From Macrostomum lignano (Eukaryota), in NCBI GenBank assembly GCA_002269645.1, contig NIVC01000243.1:1-21978 (forward strand): a stretch of 21,978 nucleotides of DNA, in the 5' to 3' direction. Shown here in pieces: positions 19,580 to 21,978 of the stretch. The stretch's first letter is position 1; the number at the start of each line of letters is the position of its first letter. The translations under genes were made by a program, and so were the position numbers. Under the pieces are notes generated by a model. The model was given only the letters and a program-made list of their open reading frames with translations, was not told the DNA's origin and made no database searches.

Positions 19580-20638
19580 AGATCCCCAGTTGCTGGGCCA
19601 GCCTCCCAGATCCTCAGTTGCCGGGCCAGCCTCCCAAATCCTCAGTTGCCAAGCCAGCCTCCAAATCCTCAGTTGCTGGGCCAGCCTCCCAGATCCTCAG
19701 TTGCCGGGCCAGCCTCCCAGATCCTCAGTTGCTGGGCCAGCCTCCCAGATCATCAGTTGCTGGGCCAGCCTCCCAGATCATCAGTTGCTGGGCCAGCCTC
19801 CCAGATCATCAGTTGCTGGGCCAGCCTCCCAGATCAGCTGGGCCATCTCCCAGATCAGCTGGGCCAGCCTCCCAGATCAGCTGGGCCAGCCTCCCGGATC
19901 CTCAGTTACTGGGCCAGCCTCCCAGATCCTCAGTTGCTGGGCCAGCCTCCCAGATCCTCAGTTGCTGGGCCAGCCTCCCAGATCCTCAGTTGCTGGGCCA
20001 GCCTCCCAGATCCTTAGTTAACTGGGCCAGCCTCCCAGATCCTCAGTTGCTAAGCCAGCCTCCCAGATCCTCAGTTGCTAAGCCAGCCTCCCAGATCCTC
20101 AGTTGCTAAGCCAGCCTCCCAGATCCTCAGTTGCTGGGCCAGCCTCCCAGATCCTCAGTTGCCGGGCCAGCCTCCCAGATCCTCAGTTGCTGGGCCAGCT
20201 CCCAGATCATCAGTTGCTGGGCCAGCCTCCCAGATCATCAGTTGCTGGGCCAGCCTCCCAGATCATCAGTTGCTGGGCCAGCCTCCCAGATCATCAGTTG
20301 CTGGGCCAGCCTCCCAGATCATCAGTTGCTGGGCCAGCCTCCCAGATCATCAGTTGCTGGGCCAGCCTCCCAGATCATCAGTTGCTGGGCCAGCCTCCCA
20401 GATCAGCTGGGCCAGCCTCCCAGATCAGCTGGGCCATCCCCAGATCAGCTGGGCCAGCCTCCCAGATCAGCTGGGCCAGCCTCCCAGATCAGCTTGGCCA
20501 GCCTCCCAGATCCTCAGTTGCTGGGCCAGCCTCCCAAATCCTCAGTTGCCGAGCCAGCCTCCCAAATCCTCAGTTGCTGGGCCAGCCTCCCAAATCCTCA
20601 GTTGCTGGGCAGCCTCCCAGATCCTCAGTTACTGGCCC
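19580..20638. repeat. 28-bp minisatellite (GCTGGGCCAGCCTCCCAGATCCTCAGTT) with 22-bp deletion variants, about 40 copies
   Basis: Directly visible. Variants are catcag, caaatc, gctaag and the 22-mer GCTGGGCCAGCCTCCCAGATCA. Confidence 0.98.
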
Positions 20639-21215
20639 GATTTTCAGACATTTAAATTAAACTATTTGTAAAAAAACGAACGGCAAAAAGGCTTTTATTT
20701 GTGTTGTATCAGCAACAAAACAAACATAAGTATATGCAAAACTAGCATTTGTAGCTGTGGCATTCAAGAATTTATTCAAACTAATATCAATCAAGATCCA
20801 CCTTGACACCTTTCAATCATTTGTCATTTTACATTCGCAGCCAAGTCTGCTTGATTTGGCGGAAAAGTTCAATTTTGTGGGTTAAGCGAAAGTTAAATGG
20901 CTGAGCGTGAACGATAGGTAATGCTTAGTAAAATTCAGACGCGGCCGATATGTGCAGTTTTTTTCTTTACGCGTCAAATGAAAATGCATGGCAATTTGAA
21001 TCAATTTGTCGTAGTTTTTGCCTGCGGCTTCTTATCTGTAAACTTGTAGCACGGAAGAACTGAAGGGCACTCTTGGCGGTCAGTCGTGATGGTGCTCCTT
21101 GCCGGATACTTCTGAAATTAATGGGATTGAAGAGTTTGTCCTTCAGTTGTACGATTCTTTACATTTCTATCATTGAGTCTGCTGGATTTATGTAGTTTTA
21201 GTCCAGGGTCTAGAT

Positions 21216-21531
21216 AGGATCAGCGTCTGGTAGCATCTTTGTACTTTTGCCCAGGGTAGCACTTTTGTACTTTTACTCAAGGACAATAGCATTTTCGTAC
21301 GCTCGTACTTTTACCCCAGGATCAGCTGGTAGCATTTCGTACTTTTACCCAGGATCAGCTGTAGCATTTTCGTACTTTTACCCCAGGATCAGCTGCTAGC
21401 ATTTTCGTACTTTTACCCAGGATCAGCTGGTAGCATTTTGTACTTTTACCCCAGGATCAGCTGGTAGCATTTTCGTACTTTTACCCCAGGATCAGCTGCT
21501 AGCATTTTTGTACTTTTACCCCAGGATCAGC
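21216..21531. repeat. About 35-bp minisatellite (TAGCATTTTCGTACTTTTACCCCAGGATCAGCTGG), about 7 good copies plus degenerate 5' copies
   Basis: Directly visible. Units differ mainly in T-run and C-run length. Confidence 0.93.
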
Positions 21532-21978
21532 AGTATTTTTCAGGACAGGAATTTTCAGGGTTCACCCAGTCTCAGGTTGTTAATTATGGGAGGTAGCGCA
21601 TGTGTCGCCGCAGATGTGTGCAGTCAGTTAAACGCTATTAGAACAAAACCAAATTCAATCTAGTTATTTAAACCACAAATTTGCTATAGTCTACAATTAT
21701 TTCAAATTGTTTACGCTCGTATTAGTACACAAATTCCAAACTCGCCTATTATAGTAAGCCACTGCAAGTTCTACGAGCGTGGTTGCCTCACCTTGTGGCC
21801 TATTTATTAATTGGTGACACCTGTGAAAAATAATTTTTACAGGTAAAATAATAACTTACATATTGCTGCACAGTTGTTCTGGTTTATTATATGCTTTATT
21901 TGCCCCGTGCTCCCCGAGTTCAATTTTTCCTGAATATCATGCGACATCACGAGCGGGTCGAATAATTGGAGAAGTGGG

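Noticed and set aside
19571-20671. Several 140-200 aa ORFs in the 28-bp array
   Set aside because: The period is not a multiple of 3, all frames give the same rotating peptide, and no convincing splice context was seen.

Overview
Eukaryotic (animal) genomic DNA, with GC-rich exons in AT-rich, repeat-filled introns and intergenic DNA. A flatworm such as Macrostomum is a guess from the style of the RTE retroelement and was not verified. Two spliced + strand genes can be rebuilt by eye. (1) A three-exon 26/29-kDa-proteinase/CfaD-type papain-family (C1A) cysteine protease, 2794-5313, about 552 aa, with an intact Cys/His/Asn triad. (2) A four-exon gene, 11304-19351, about 802 aa, whose product appears to carry two Mutator/FAR1/WRKY-GCM1-type (ZSWIM3-N-like) zinc-finger domains flanking two ankyrin repeats, with no transposase catalytic core visible. 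This second gene is the most unusual object in the window. Both genes need single-base restorations (three in total, all 1-nt deletions at short runs), which most simply points to consensus errors. The rest is repeats: a 21-bp minisatellite that may be the coding exon of a minus-strand gene, a perfect 102-bp inverted repeat abutting a 5'-truncated RTE LINE, a MITE cluster, a 2.5-kb almost pure CT tract, a two-phase 31-bp minisatellite, and 28-bp and 35-bp minisatellites. No rRNA, tRNA or CRISPR is supported. All family assignments come from motif recognition by eye; no searches were run.
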